Part shown: positions 36,511 to 50,420 of the stretch, in pieces
Numbering within the stretch: position 1 is the stretch's first letter
Layout: every line of letters begins with the position of its first letter
Origin: Geosiphon pyriformis uo1
Lineage: Eukaryota; Fungi; Glomeromycota
Direction of reading: 5' to 3'
DNA: 64,000 nucleotides
Assembly: GCA_016748015.1 (NCBI GenBank)
Contig: JAAOMT010000474.1
Coordinates: 1 to 64,000 of the forward strand
Translations under genes and position numbers: made by a program
Notes under the pieces: model-generated
The model's input: only the letters and a program-made list of their open reading frames with translations
Told to the model about the DNA's origin: nothing
The model's database searches: none

Positions 36511-38630
36511 ATGCCACTTTATTTTAAAAAAAAGAAAAACTAAAGATCAAGTTAGAAATCCAAAAAAATTATATAAAAAACCACATTATATCACTTCAAT
36601 AAATGATCATAATATTGAAATAAATGAATTTAACAGACTGGATATTAGTAATAAAGAGTGAGACAATGATAATAACAGTAAATAAAATAATACAGAAGAT
36701 ATGGAAGCCACAATTAAAATAAATACAAAATTAAAAAAACTTAATTTAATATAGAAAAATGACAATTATCTAAAAAAAAAAAAGTAAGACCTTTACATAA
36801 CAAAAAAGATATCAAAATCAATCTATTATGATAAATATGGACCAAATAGTTTATTTACCAAAGCAACAACTGGAACAAAAAAAATTACCACTTTCTTTAA
36901 TATTAGTGATACTCAAACTACAGATTTATAATAGCTTAAATCTAATGAATTTTTAAGCAATTTAGAAAGTAAGATTGATCTATATGCTAATTGAATAAAA
37001 AAAGAGCAAGAGTTAAAAAAACATTTAGAAAAACAACATGCTTAGTTAACTGTCTTCAAATATAATCAAAAAAGAACTATTTTTGAATATTTTATCTTGT
37101 TAAATGATAATAATAAACATAGAAAAATTAATGCCAGTTTGAAAATTGCCCAAAAAGTTTTTATTGATGATAGTGTACAGAAAACACAAAAAATTTAATA
37201 TCTTGCAAAGTATTGGTTGCTTAATAATAAGCTTTTGATATTAAAACATAAAAAATACCAAAAAACAATTAGAATAATTGATAATAAAGATATTGCAAAA
37301 AAATGTTATATTTGGATTAGAAACCAAAACTTTAATGCCACTTTAGCCATATTTAAAAAATTCATTGAACATGAATTGTTTTCTAATATTGAAATAATAA
37401 AAGAAAAAACTATTAGTCTTATAACTACAGTAAAATGATTCAAAATTCTTGGTTATTCATTTTAACAATATCATTAAAGCTTATATTATGATAGACATGA
37501 AAGAAATGATGTCTTGCAATCTTGAAAAAAATTTTTAGAAAAAATATATAAGCATAAAAAGTATATGTCAAAGTATGAAGATAAATTTATAAATTGAATA
37601 CATTTTAACTTACTTAATGAAGAAAAAAAAAGAGTTCTTGTAGTCCATAATGAATGCATTTTTTATTCAAATAATGGCAAATATAGCATATGAACTGAGC
37701 TTAGAAATTTATTATTAAAAAAAAAAGAAATAAAAGATCAATTATGGTCAGTAAATTTCTAACTAAAATTGATGAATGTTTATGTTTACAACAAAATAAT
37801 ATAGAAAACTATTCTAATATATTAAAAGAATCACGATGTTATTTGCAACTTAATATAAATCAAAATAGCTATTAAACAGCAGACTATCTTTTTATACAAA
37901 TTAAATATAAAGCAATTCCAATTTTTGAGAAATTATATTCAGATTGTACAGTAGTATTTGTTTTTAATAATAGCTCTAATCATGCAGCATTTAGTAAAAA
38001 TACTTTAATTGCAAACAGAATGAATTTGAGTCTAGGTAAAAAACAATCATTAATACAAGATACTTTTTTTGGATTAGATAATCAATTATAATTGATGATT
38101 TTCCTGGAAACATATTCAGATGAAAAACTTCAAGAATTGCCTAAAAAAATTAAACAAGTATTAATAGAACAAAAAAAATGGCCATCAAAAGAATTAATAT
38201 TAGAATGCCAAAAATACAAAGAAAAAATCAAAAATTCTTCAAGAGTTTCTTATTGTGTACATCAAATAATATTTTTGGAATCTGATTTTCTTACTCAAAA
38301 AAATGCAATTGAAGAATTAATCAAAAGTATGGGACATAAGTACATTTTTTTTCCAAAATTTTATTGTGAATTAGATTTTATTGAAAGATATTAAGGAACT
38401 GCTAAAAAATATGCATGTAACAAATACAATTATTCATGGAAAAGATTACAAAAAACAGTGCCTAAAGGTTTTGAATCAGTATCTTTAATAACTATTAGAC
38501 AATTTTCAAGAAAATGTTGGTATTATATGAATCTTTATAGAAAAAATTTTAGTGGAAAATTAGTAAAATATGTTATAAAAAAGTATAAATCTCATAGAAA
38601 AATTCCAGATAATATTTTGAAGAATTAGAC
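36511..38630 (+). mobile_element. Decayed IS630/Tc1/mariner-like DDE transposase (fungal PKFHCELNFIE type)
   Basis: YYDRHERNDV (DGHE), HNECIF (HDE), IMVSKFL, FNNSSNH (FDN), FPKFYCELDFIERY, YKSHRKIP. Confidence 0.75.
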
Positions 38631-41614
38631 AAATTAAATAATATTCAAACTTTGTAATACTGTATTTGGTTTTATATTATATAAAATTTAATAAAATTTT
38701 ATTTTTATTGTAAATAATATATTAAAAACACATATATATTAACCAATAAAATTTAATTATATAAATAAAAACACGTGAAGATCATTATTTAAAATTTCGG
38801 ACTGATCTATATTTTTGATGATTATAAATAGTTTGCATCATAACAATGTAATTTTTGAAAAATGTGAATTAAATTTATAAATTTTGATAATTCATAATAC
38901 CAAATAAATAATATTAAATTAAATTAAGTTAGATTAAATTAAGTTAATGTATATATATATCAATATATTAATTTTAATTTTTTTGACAATAAATTATTTT
39001 TCTTGAAAAGTTATATTTTAAAATTTAGTAAAAAAAATTTAAAGAAATAAATAATTTTTTAATTTATGTATTTTATTATTCCAAAAAAAATTGATAAAAT
39101 CTTTGTATATTATAAATTTTGAAAAAATATCTCTTTTCAAGTACTTTTATAATTTTTTTACCAATTTATTTCGTTTATCAAGATAATTTCAAAGTTCTTA
39201 AATAAAACCATAAAAAGACTGCTTGATTTTTATGTAATGTAATATGTTGTATTGTTTTGATTAATACAGCCTTTAATATAAAATTATTCTAATTAGTAAA
39301 GTTTTCATGGTAATAAGATCATTTGTGGATTTATGTGAACATATCTATTGCCAACATTTTCTCTTGGTCATTGTCATTTTGTTTTAAAGGGTTGGGAAAT
39401 GGATAAATTAATTCATTAAAACAATTGACCAGTTCTTCTGTTGTGAATACATTCTTGATCTATTTCAATCAAATAAGAGTAAATAATCTTAGTCCTTATA
39501 TAGCTAAACAAATATGTGCTCTTTAATTTCAGAAAGATTTTTAAAAACCATTTTCTTATCAAAACAAATCGAATGTACATGGTAAATCTTGTTAAACCGA
39601 AAATAATTAATCAACTGTAATAATTTTTTTTTCTAATCCGAAGAATATTTTGAAATATCCAAAAAAAAAAAATTATTTATTTGAAATAAAAGTTTATTTT
39701 ATTTAGTATTTTTAAACCATTATTTTGCAATTATAAGAAACTTTATATAAAAAAAAAATTTCATCCATTGTACTCACAAAAAAAACATAATTTTTTTTAC
39801 ATTTGCTTAAAAAATAAGATTTTGTCCAGGCAACACTTTCTAATATTATATTAATAAGTTAATTTGGCATAAAAGAATCTATAGTACATAAAATTTTGAA
39901 AAGAAAAAGAAATTCTTAGCAACAATTTAAGCTTCACACCAAATAGATGAATAGGTTTAAAAATGTAATATTTTATAAAAACGTAAATTTTATAGTAAAG
40001 CCCAAAATACATCAATCAGATCACTTTTTAAAGTCAAACAACAAATAAAAAATTATTCAAAAATATATGTAATATAATTAAAACAAATTTTGTATTTTAT
40101 ATAACTTTAAACTAATCATTAATATTATAATTTTGTTCTGGTTTAAAAAAGTAATTATTATTTTTTGTTTTAATAAGACAAAAATTTTTATTGCTTAAAA
40201 TTTTTATTAAGATATTACTATTATATTGGTTTTAATTTTAAATTTAAATGTGTAATAATTTAGACTAACTTTTTTTGTTTTTACAAACTTTTTTATTGAT
40301 ATTAAATAAACTAACATACATTCAATTAGTCAAACAAAAAGAATTGGCAATTCCTGCAACAAATATGTATGTTGGTCATAACATTATAAATATCTGGAGA
40401 AAAGTAGTAATTAATACTAAAATCTTGTAAATGACCAAATGGCTGACCAAATTCATAGAAACATAACAAAATTCACAAAACCAAAATATAATATCAATGC
40501 TATTGTTTTTGGATCTATAATTTACTTATTAATTTCTAAAAATCTATAATATTAATAAACTAATTTTAATTAACCAATTTAATAAAAGAAATTTTCCTAT
40601 GACAAAGTGAGATCCTATTACTATAGACATAGATTATGCTGTTTCAATACGTGACCAGCTACTCAGAAAAATTTTTTAGTTATCTGAGATTTTTTTTATT
40701 TTTCAAAAACAAAAGTTACTTTTCAATAAACTAAACAATTAAAAAATATTTCTTTAATTTAATAAAATTTTAATCCTCAAATTCATTCGCAAATATTGAA
40801 TTTCAAAAATGTATATTTTAATTTTTTATTTGATTATCTGTTAATCACATATTAGTATAAAGATTGCAGATTGAAATATCAATATTTGAAAAAGTTTTTT
40901 ATATCTTATTAATGGCACTCCAGCAATTTTTTCTCACTTTATCATAATTTTGGAAATTCATAATTTCTCTGATGTTAGGATTGTTGTTGAAAAAGCACCT
41001 AATATAAAAATTTTTCAGTTCATTTGCAAATTTTAGCAGCAGCAAGATCACACAATATTTTGTTATAACACTTTTTATTAATTAAGTTAAAAGAAAAAAC
41101 AATACAATTATCTTTGCTAAACATAATATTTTATCTAATATTTTTGATCTAATGCTCAAGTAAGAGTTTTTATTTGCTTCAAAGTATTTTGGATAAAATA
41201 AAATTTATATGTTTTATTTTTTCTACAGATACTATATACAGTGGTAAGATTTTTCTTAATAAATATGGAGTATTTACTATTTAGAATTACCTATTACTGT
41301 TAATAAGCTTATTCTAGAAAACATTATTAATTATTTTCAAGATTATTTAATTAAACACAGTGCAAAAAAGCTAGAAAAAAATTTTGCCACTTTATAGAAA
41401 ACTTCAATTATGTCTGATTCTTTCAAAAATTTACAAAAATTCTGCTCCATAATAGCATTTTAGGAGCAAAAAAAATTATACATGTATAAATTAAATTTAT
41501 TATTATTACAAACTTTAATGCACAAAAATTAGCAAAAAATAGTATATATACTTTCATAAGGTTCAAAAATTATCTATAGAATAAGTTAATAATAATATTT
41601 TATATGTAATCTTA

Positions 41615-41823
41615 ATTATATCATAATTTCTCAAGCAATGCTTATATTGTTAAGCAATATGCTGTGATTTCTGACAATGCTCCATATTGCTAAGCAATAT
41701 GTCATAATTTTTAACAATACTTCACATTACTGAACAATGTACTTATATGCTAAATATTATTTTTTTATTGGTCTATTTGTTTTTTTAACTACTTTTTTTT
41801 GTACCATTTTTTTATGAGTAATA
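41615..41823 (-). repeat. Decayed LTR fragment of the element-A type
   Basis: Eroded ATTGCT.AGCAAT 40-bp units, ATTGG box, and terminus TATGAGTAATA matching TATGAGTAACA. Confidence 0.7.
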
Positions 41824-44059
41824 CCAGTTACTTGTATAGTTATATTGTAGTAAACATCAACTTTTTTCTAAGAATTACTTATCTGGAAACTTACTAAAAT
41901 ATGTAGTTATTTTGTAATAAAAGTCAATTTTTCTACAAAAATCTTATTTGTAAACTACCCTAATAATTATAATAAAAATAAAAAAAAATAAAAGAAATAA
42001 AATTTTGTTAAAAAAATTGTTTTCTATTCAGACTTAAAGTTACTAGCAGTTTTATTGAAATTGGTAGCTAATTAATTTCAAAATATTAGTTAGGTCTTGG
42101 AAAATTTTAAGTGCAATTATTTCGAAAATTTGAGTTTTTAATTTAGTTGATATTTATTATTTTTTTAAAGAGGATTAATATATTTTTAAAATAAGATTGA
42201 TTCTAAGAAAAATAATTTCTGGTCAGATATATTTTCTTGAAAAAAAAAGCTCTTTTTTTATACAACTTATTATAGTACTAGTCTATAAATTTGAACTTTT
42301 TTCTTTGCTATAATTTCAACAAATTAATAATATATTTTGGCAAATTACAAATTATTTCAGTAAGCTATTCATAATTTTGGTGAATTTCTACAAATTTTGA
42401 CGAATTCTTGAATGTTACATAGTTTAAAATATTGTGTAATTTGATCATCCTAATTTCAATTATACAAATTGAATTATTAATTAAATAGTGATATTTGATA
42501 ATTTGATTAAATGATAAGTGATAATTTGAAATAGTATTAATATATGTTAATTAATGATAAGAATTATAAGAATAATTTTATTTTAATTACTGGCTAAAAT
42601 TCTACTAATAATACTGATCACATGTAGTAAGAATATAAGCTATATTTAGTTTGAGCACTTAGTTTGGGTCTATGTATTAAATAGCAGTTAGACTTCATTT
42701 GTAAAACTTAATAGTAATAAAAAATAAATTATATCTTAATATATAATTAACTAATAATATAATATAATTGTTTTTTCAATAGTTGTTTTTTAATAAAATT
42801 ATTTTGTTATTGAATTTGAATATATATTAAACAATATTACTTTGTTTTCTTTTATTATTTTAAGTAAATTGTTTTAATTTTGTTAATTTTAAATAAAATA
42901 ATTTCTAAATAATTTTTAAATTTTGCTTGCTCTTATTAAAATAATTTTTTTAAAACTAAAGCATTTTATTTATTTGTTAATTTAGTTAAATATAATATAA
43001 TATGGTAAAATCTAAGATAAACCTATAAATCTTATAATTGTATTAAGTAAAATCTGTTATAAATAGACATTTTTTAAGAGCAACAACATCTTTTAAAAGC
43101 AGATCCAATTAACCAAACTAAGTGATACAACTTTGAATAGAAAATTCAAATAAGTAATATTGTTATTATTAAAACAGATAAGCTTACATATAACAATTAG
43201 TTTTTAAAAATAATAAAAAACAGATCTAATTGAAAATACTGTAAAGTTGACTAAACTAAATAATACAATTTTGAATAAAAAATTCAAACAAATAATACTA
43301 TTATTATTAAAACAGATAAGCTTAAAAATAGAGATTCTTTTTTATTACATATAATAGTCAGTTTTTGTTACAAAAAACTTAAATCTTTCTATAGATAACA
43401 AAATCTATGATATAATCACTTTTGAAAAAAGAATGCAAATTTTTAATTGTCATTGTCTTTGCTTTGTAATTTTTTGCAACTCATTATATTGATATTAGCC
43501 AAAATTTTTAACATTTTTAAAATAAATATTACCAATATATTAGATATTATTATAAAAAAACTTCTATAAGGCAATATCTATAGAGTAAATTCTCTTTATA
43601 GTCCCTCTGGTTATAGTCACTATCTTCTTATAATCACATTTTTTTAAAAACCAAAACCATTTATATATAATATTATCTCCTTATAGTCACTTTTACTATA
43701 TATATCTCCTTATAGTCCCTATTCTCACAAATATAATAGCAGAATATAAGTAATTTCCACTCTCTATGGTCACACTATAATCATATGATATTAGATATAA
43801 ACATCAGATGTCAACTCATATTTAATCAAACATGTACAATTAGGGAGATTTCCCGATTTGTCAATAGAAATCATTCTTTTTATGGTAGTAAAAAAAATTA
43901 GAGAAGTTTCTAAAAACAATTATAGAACACTAAACAAAATTTCTCAAATATTACAACATTCAATTACTCTTCTTTTTTATAAGCCGCCACTGCCATCAGA
44001 AGACAATGATGAAACTATTATATTTGGCTTGTTGTTTGCAGGTATTATAAAAGTTTTAA

Positions 44060-45780
44060 TAATAGTTGACATATAGTACAGTACTGCTGCTCTTGGTGCT
44101 TTAGAGACTGGTGATGCTTCAGAGGCTGGTAGTGCTTTAGAAGCTATTGCTGCAAATATTGATGAAGTTACTTTGGATCAAACTTTGGCTAACAAGATTA
44201 TTTTTTCTCCATATTGGGAGAAAAAATTAACAGACTTACAAGCAAGAATAATAGCCCAATGGGATCCTCTGGAAACAAGTTTGTTAATGAGACATTGCTC
44301 AAGCAAATTAACTGGAAATAGAGTTCGAATTTATCTTTCTTTAGGAAGAAAAATGTGACCAGTAATAAAACTCAGAGCATAAAGATTCTGATATATACCC
44401 AATAAATACATTTTTACATCAACTTTGACATCTACAATTAAAAAAGAGCTTCATATTAGCAATCATATTTATTATTCAACCAATATTTAGTATTAACAAG
44501 CAAAAGTTTGACTGATAGTTTTAAAGATGTATTAAAAATCAACTTTTTTGGGACAAATAAATCCATGTTGAATGCTTTTTATAATCCAAACATAATTATG
44601 CAAAATGTAGATTCAGATCTAAAATCAACATATTATGTTTTAAAAATGCTAATTATAAATAATAATACACCCAACCCAAGGTAAACAAAACTGTACACAA
44701 TACAATATATTTCTAACTTCTTGAAGAATATTTATTAGGCTGTCACATAATTAACTTGATAAGCTTCAAAAACATAATCACTTAAAAGAGGTATTAGAGA
44801 GTTAATAATAGGTAATAGTTGTGATTTTATTAACAGATTTACATTTTTTGATAATCTGCTTCTCACTTGTTACTGGAATTGGTTTTCAAGTACCTAACAA
44901 TGTTTTCTTAATTCGCCTTGCTTTAAGAAAGTCTATTTTTTTTATCCATGCAATTTCACTGAATTTTTTTATTTCTTTGCTTAATATCTATTCATGGCCA
45001 ATATCACGAAAAACATGATTAGAGACATTTGGATTTACAAACTGTGTTTTTTTTATCTGAACTCGAAATCAATTTGATTCAGCAATAAAACTAGGACGTG
45101 TACAAAACCTGTATATTTTACTTTTAGAATATTTGAAGACATTAAAGAGGTTAGTATGTAATCTCTCAAATTTGATACAGTTACACACTGCAATTTTCCA
45201 ATGCCATTGTAAAAGTGTAGAAGGAATCAATGATTTGAGCGTTTTGTTAATTTCTTCAAGTATTGTATCATGGCTTTGATGTTGATTTGAAAGTTTAGAA
45301 CAAAAAATTACAATTTTTTCTTGAATCAGCTTGCAAACTTCAGGCTTCAATCATAGCCATTGTTCTTCATCAACAATTTCAATTAATTGGTAAATAGAAT
45401 AGTGCTGAGCAGACCAAATTGGTACAAACATTCATCTAGCTACAAGTCTTAATGAAGACCTATTGAAATAAACTTTAGTACAAAAGTTAATAATTGTTTG
45501 TAAATAAAAAAAGACTTGTTTATACTTTAACCTGAATATGGGATCTGTTTCATTTTGGGCCCATTTTAAGTAACTTTCAACAGATAGATTTTCCTTAGAA
45601 ACAACATATAGCCACATTAATTTGGAAGCCATTGCATGCTTATATATATTACATATCAAATCCCATGACTTATTATAATTAGAACATTTTTTAAAAAACT
45701 GCAGTTGACTTTTACTCTGATATTTCTGATATTGTGCAAAGTATTTTATATTAATTTTCCAATTGATATAGGTATTACTG
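44060..45780 (-). pseudogene. Decayed passenger coding sequence inside the pogo element
   Basis: Collinear ORF pieces 45432-45659 and 45069-45350 (HQSHDTILEEINK); identity unresolved. Confidence 0.45.
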
Positions 45781-46148
45781 TGTTTAGAGGGCTTGACAAC
45801 ATGACATTGTGCTATTTTTTACATGATTATGTAAATATGTAGAGGATCAAATTGACAGTTTTTATTATTGATTATCAGTTGGGGGTAAGAGGCAAAAAGT
45901 GTCACAAATGCATTATTAAAATTAGGTTTCTTTTTACCAAAAATCTGTTATTTGCACTTAGAATCCTACAGTTGGATTAAAACCTTCATTTTTATAATTT
46001 GGCCACTTTTTATAATCTGAAGCACCTCATATAACATAGGATACCTCACATATCCAATTAAATATAAGACAAAATAACATTTGAGACATAACAGATACAT
46101 CAATGTGTTATAAAAGCAAAATGCAATAAAAAGTGTGTTCTGATTAAC

Positions 46149-47704
46149 ATGCCAAAAAATGCGAACCAAAAGCAAACAGCAATCTCTTTGGAGACTAAAA
46201 AAGCTTTTTTTCAGTACAAACTAGAGCATCCTGATTACTTAGCAAATAGATTTATCAAAATATTTAATCTAAAAGTTGACTGCTCTACTGTAACAAAGAT
46301 ACTCACAAAATCAGACCAATAAATTGAAAAGAATATATCTGACAACTCTGGTTAATTGACAAAAGACAGGAAAGAGATATTTCTGAAGATAAATGATGCA
46401 CTGAAAGAATAGATGCTTAGAGCACTAGCTACCAACTGTATTCTTACTAGAAAAATTTTACAAACAAAAGCCCTCAAGTTTGCTGAAAAGTTTTCAGAAA
46501 AAAAAAACTTAAAAGCATCAGATGGTTGGTTAGAAAAGTTCAAGAAACGTTATAATTTGCACCATATTAAAATACATGATGAAGCAAACAGTGTTCCCTT
46601 AGAAATTTTACCAGAGGAATGAGAAAAACTGCATGAGATTATCAGTAAATATGATCTAAATAATGTTTACAATACTGATGAGACAGTATTATTCTTTAGA
46701 ATACCACCAAATACAACTTTGGCAACAAAATCTACCTCTGGTACCAAGCATGATAAGAGTTGAATTACCATACTTTTTGCTTGTAATGCAACAGATAGCA
46801 TCAAGTTACAGTTTTTTATTATCAGCAAAGCTGCAAAGCCATGATGTTTTTACAATATTAATATAAATGCACTTCCAATCACTTATCATTATAATACAAA
46901 AACATGGATGCAAACCAATATTTTTAGTGAATAACTTAATTTATTAAATAAAAAAATGCGTTGCAAAAAAAAAATTTGCTATTGCTTAATAATATTGATC
47001 CCCATGGTAGAAAATCTTCTGTATTATCTAATATTATTATTAGATACTTACTATCCAATATAACATCCTATTTGCAACCATTAGATACAGGAATTATTGC
47101 ATCCTTTAAGGCATAATACTAAAAGTTGTTTCTTTTCCATTTTATTAATCAGTATAATGGCAAGATTCCAATATCAACAGTAAGATTAAAAGATGCAGTT
47201 AACTTTCTAATTGATATGTGGTTAATGATAACAACAACTACAATCCAAAACTGTTGGCATTATATAAGAATTCTGAATAATAGTCAAATACCAGCCCATC
47301 TATTAGATATTGAACAAAAACTCTTACAAGAAGTATAAGTTTTTATTGAGCATGTTGATATTGATAAACTATTGGCAATAAACTTCATTAATATTAACAA
47401 GTTTGAACCATTATTTACTTATGTCTTAGAGAATGAAATTGTGGATCTTATTAACAACAAGTATAATGGAAATTCTAATGCAAATAAAGATTTAGAAAGT
47501 GAAAATGAAGATGAATCTTTGCCTTTGCTATTTACACATCAAGGTAAAATTGCACTTGAAGATACATTGCACTATTGTAAAGAGCAGTATAGTGAAAAAG
47601 TTGATTCAGACTTTTTTAAAACTTTGAAAACATTAATTTATAATATTGTTCTCAAAGTTCAAGAAGAGAAAAAACAGTTGCAAATAGATAGCTTTTTTAA
47701 ATAA
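46149..47704 (+). pseudogene. pogo-type (CENP-B HTH + DDE_1) transposase
   Basis: KASDGWLEKFKKRY, VYNTDET.LF, ACNAT, TWM...IF, LQPLDTGIIASFK, C-terminal Q..IDSFF. Confidence 0.85.
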
Positions 47705-50344
47705 AATATATATAATTGGTTATTATATTATGCATGTAATATATAGATCATGTGATAAGATATTAATCATTTTTTATAGTTCCATCTCTCTATAGTCACT
47801 ACAAATGTGTTGACCAAAAGATGTGATTATAAAGAAAGTTCACTGTATTAAAAAATTAATAAATAATACAGTAAGTAATAAACTTAATTCAAATTTATTT
47901 TTGTTTTGTAATTTGATTTTCTTTAAGAAAATTGATTTTTTCTAATAAATTTTTATTCTAAAAAGATATTTTTTTATTAATAATGCTAATTTTTATAATA
48001 TAAATTATAAAAATTAGAGACAATTACTAATTAATTGATTTATTTTTTTAATATAATATTACCTGTACATTAATAAAAATACTTAAAAAAAAGTTAAAAT
48101 ACAAAATAAAAAAGAGAAAAAAATATAACCACTTTATTTAAGCTTTCCAGTCTCCAATAATATGTATTTTTTAGTCATATAAATATTTGTAAGAACGTTT
48201 TTTAGAGCTTTTTTATTTGTTAATTTGAATTTTAATTTACATAAAAATTTTGTCAGTATTTAAGACAAAACTTAAAATAATCATTTTCTAATAATACCAA
48301 AATTTGCAGTTTTCTATCAATTAATTTATGTATATTAATATAAATATATTAATTATAGCAAAATAAAAAAAATAAACAAAAATGTTACATAAAATAAAAA
48401 ATATATAATAAACTTAAATTAAGATAATATCAAAACAATTTATTAAGAATAAAACTTTTTTTAAACAGTTATTAAAACTGTACATAGTTGTTATTGTATT
48501 TTTAATAACAAAAAAATTTTGGTCCAAGAAAAAACTGTTTAAAAAATTATTTTAAAAATCTTCTAAATAAATACAACTGATTTTTTTCATTAAATTTAAA
48601 TATGATAGTAAATTTGCAATCCAAAAAATCTCAGCTTTAATCTATTATTTTTGTTTTATAAGCTCAAAAATACAAAGAAAACAATTTGTTTGCAAAATTA
48701 GTTCAATTTTAGCAAAAAAAATAACTTGTTTATAAATATTTTAGTTGTTAAAAGTGCTTTAAATTAAGATTAAACTTATATTTATTGAACATGTAAAAAT
48801 TAAGCACAAACTTCTTTGATTTCTACCATATAACATTGTAAAAACAATTAAATTGCTATAAGAGTCTTTGTTTATTGGAACTAATTATATAGAAATAACT
48901 TGCTTTTTTAATTATTAAGTTATAAATTTATTATTAAAAAAGAAAAATTATAAAAAAAGCAGTTATATTATCTTCAATTTTTTTTTAATTATTTATTAGT
49001 ATATCTAATAATATTACCTAATTAAAAAGTGAGTTGCTTAATATTAATATCTTCAAAAATAATATTTACAATTATTTTGTTATTATCAATGATTTTAATA
49101 ATTTGTGTTTTGTAATAAAATCTGTCTAAAACTATATTTTAAAATTGAATAAATTTTTATAATATTAATCAGATTTTCCTTTTATTTTTAGAACCTCTCT
49201 TTTAAAATAATTTAAGCTTATTTTTAATGTAGTCATTAACATCTTTTTGATAAAAATAAGACTTAAAAGAACTGATTGTAAATAATTTGACAACAAATCT
49301 ATATAGAAAAGACAAATTATTATATAATTATATAAAATAAAATAAAATATTATCTTTGTAATTTATATTTGTAAGAATAAATAATATATCAATATTAGTA
49401 TTAAAGAAAATTAAATAAACTAACAAGATATTTACTTTTGAAACATAAATTCACTAAAAATAAATTATTAATATATATATAAAATTAAACCAAATTAATA
49501 GAAGCTTTATCTTTTTATCTTATATTCTTTAATGAATTGATAAACAATATTCTGACAGTTATGACTTCAAATGACATTAAAACTGCATAAACAAGCAAAT
49601 TTTTTATTTCTATATGTTATATATAATGTTTTTATTTATTGTTTAACAAAATTTTTGTCAATTAGTTCAAAAATCTCTGATTCTAAATTCTCAAAATTCT
49701 TTTTATTAGAATTATTTTTTAGCTTACTATTAACATATTGAAAAGCAATATTTATGCCAACAAACTGAATAACACTTTAGATACACTAATTAATTTCTAA
49801 AAATAATATAAATTATAAATTGTTTTTAAAGAAAAAGATCACACATAATAATTATTTATATTATACCAAATTTTTTTTATATAACAGTTTTTTTTGTTAA
49901 TTTATTTATTTATTTTTTTTTAACTTTGATTTTGTTGGATTTTTGCCTTTTTTTTGTCAAAATCTTTTAAAAAAAACTTAATATAGTTTTTACAAAATTT
50001 TTTGCATTTTACTTTTCCATTTCTCCAGCATTAATATACATTGAAATAGTAAATTTTTCAAGATTTGAATGTAAAGATTTGGTGTATTTTTTCTAATAAT
50101 GTATTATCATATTCTTTTTAAAATAACTTTCTAATAACATAATTGTTTTCATAAAACAATTAATATGCTTATAATCTGACCAAGTATCTAAAGTATTAGA
50201 GTATTTATATAAAATATAAGTTATAAAACCAAATTATTTTTTACTAACCAATTTATTGGCTAAACCAACATAATTAAAAATAGATTGTAATAGCTTTTGT
50301 AATAGTTAAATTTCTAATCTCAATAGTAGCTTAGAATTTTTGCA

Positions 50345-50420
50345 TGTATATGTCAAGATAAAAAAGGGAGTGTATATAAATAAATATGAAAAGAAAGATG
50401 TGGTGACTTATTGTTTTAAG
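50345..50420 (+). mobile_element. Tiny transposase remnant related to the 36.5-kb family
   Basis: Translates to QDKKGVYINKYEKKDVVTY, resembling KKGVYIDGHER.DVV.Y. Confidence 0.35.

Larger units (their letters stand above)
43583..47845 (+). mobile_element. pogo/Tigger-like DNA transposon with TIRs and TA TSD
   Basis: Left TA|GAGTAAATTCTCTTTATAGTC versus right-end reverse complement TA|CAGTGAACTTTCTTTATAATC; several subterminal TATAGTCAC motifs. Confidence 0.8.

Noticed and set aside
39330-39555. Possible F-box-like remnant on the minus strand (MVFKNLSEIKEHIFV)
   Set aside because: Too short and decayed to support a call.
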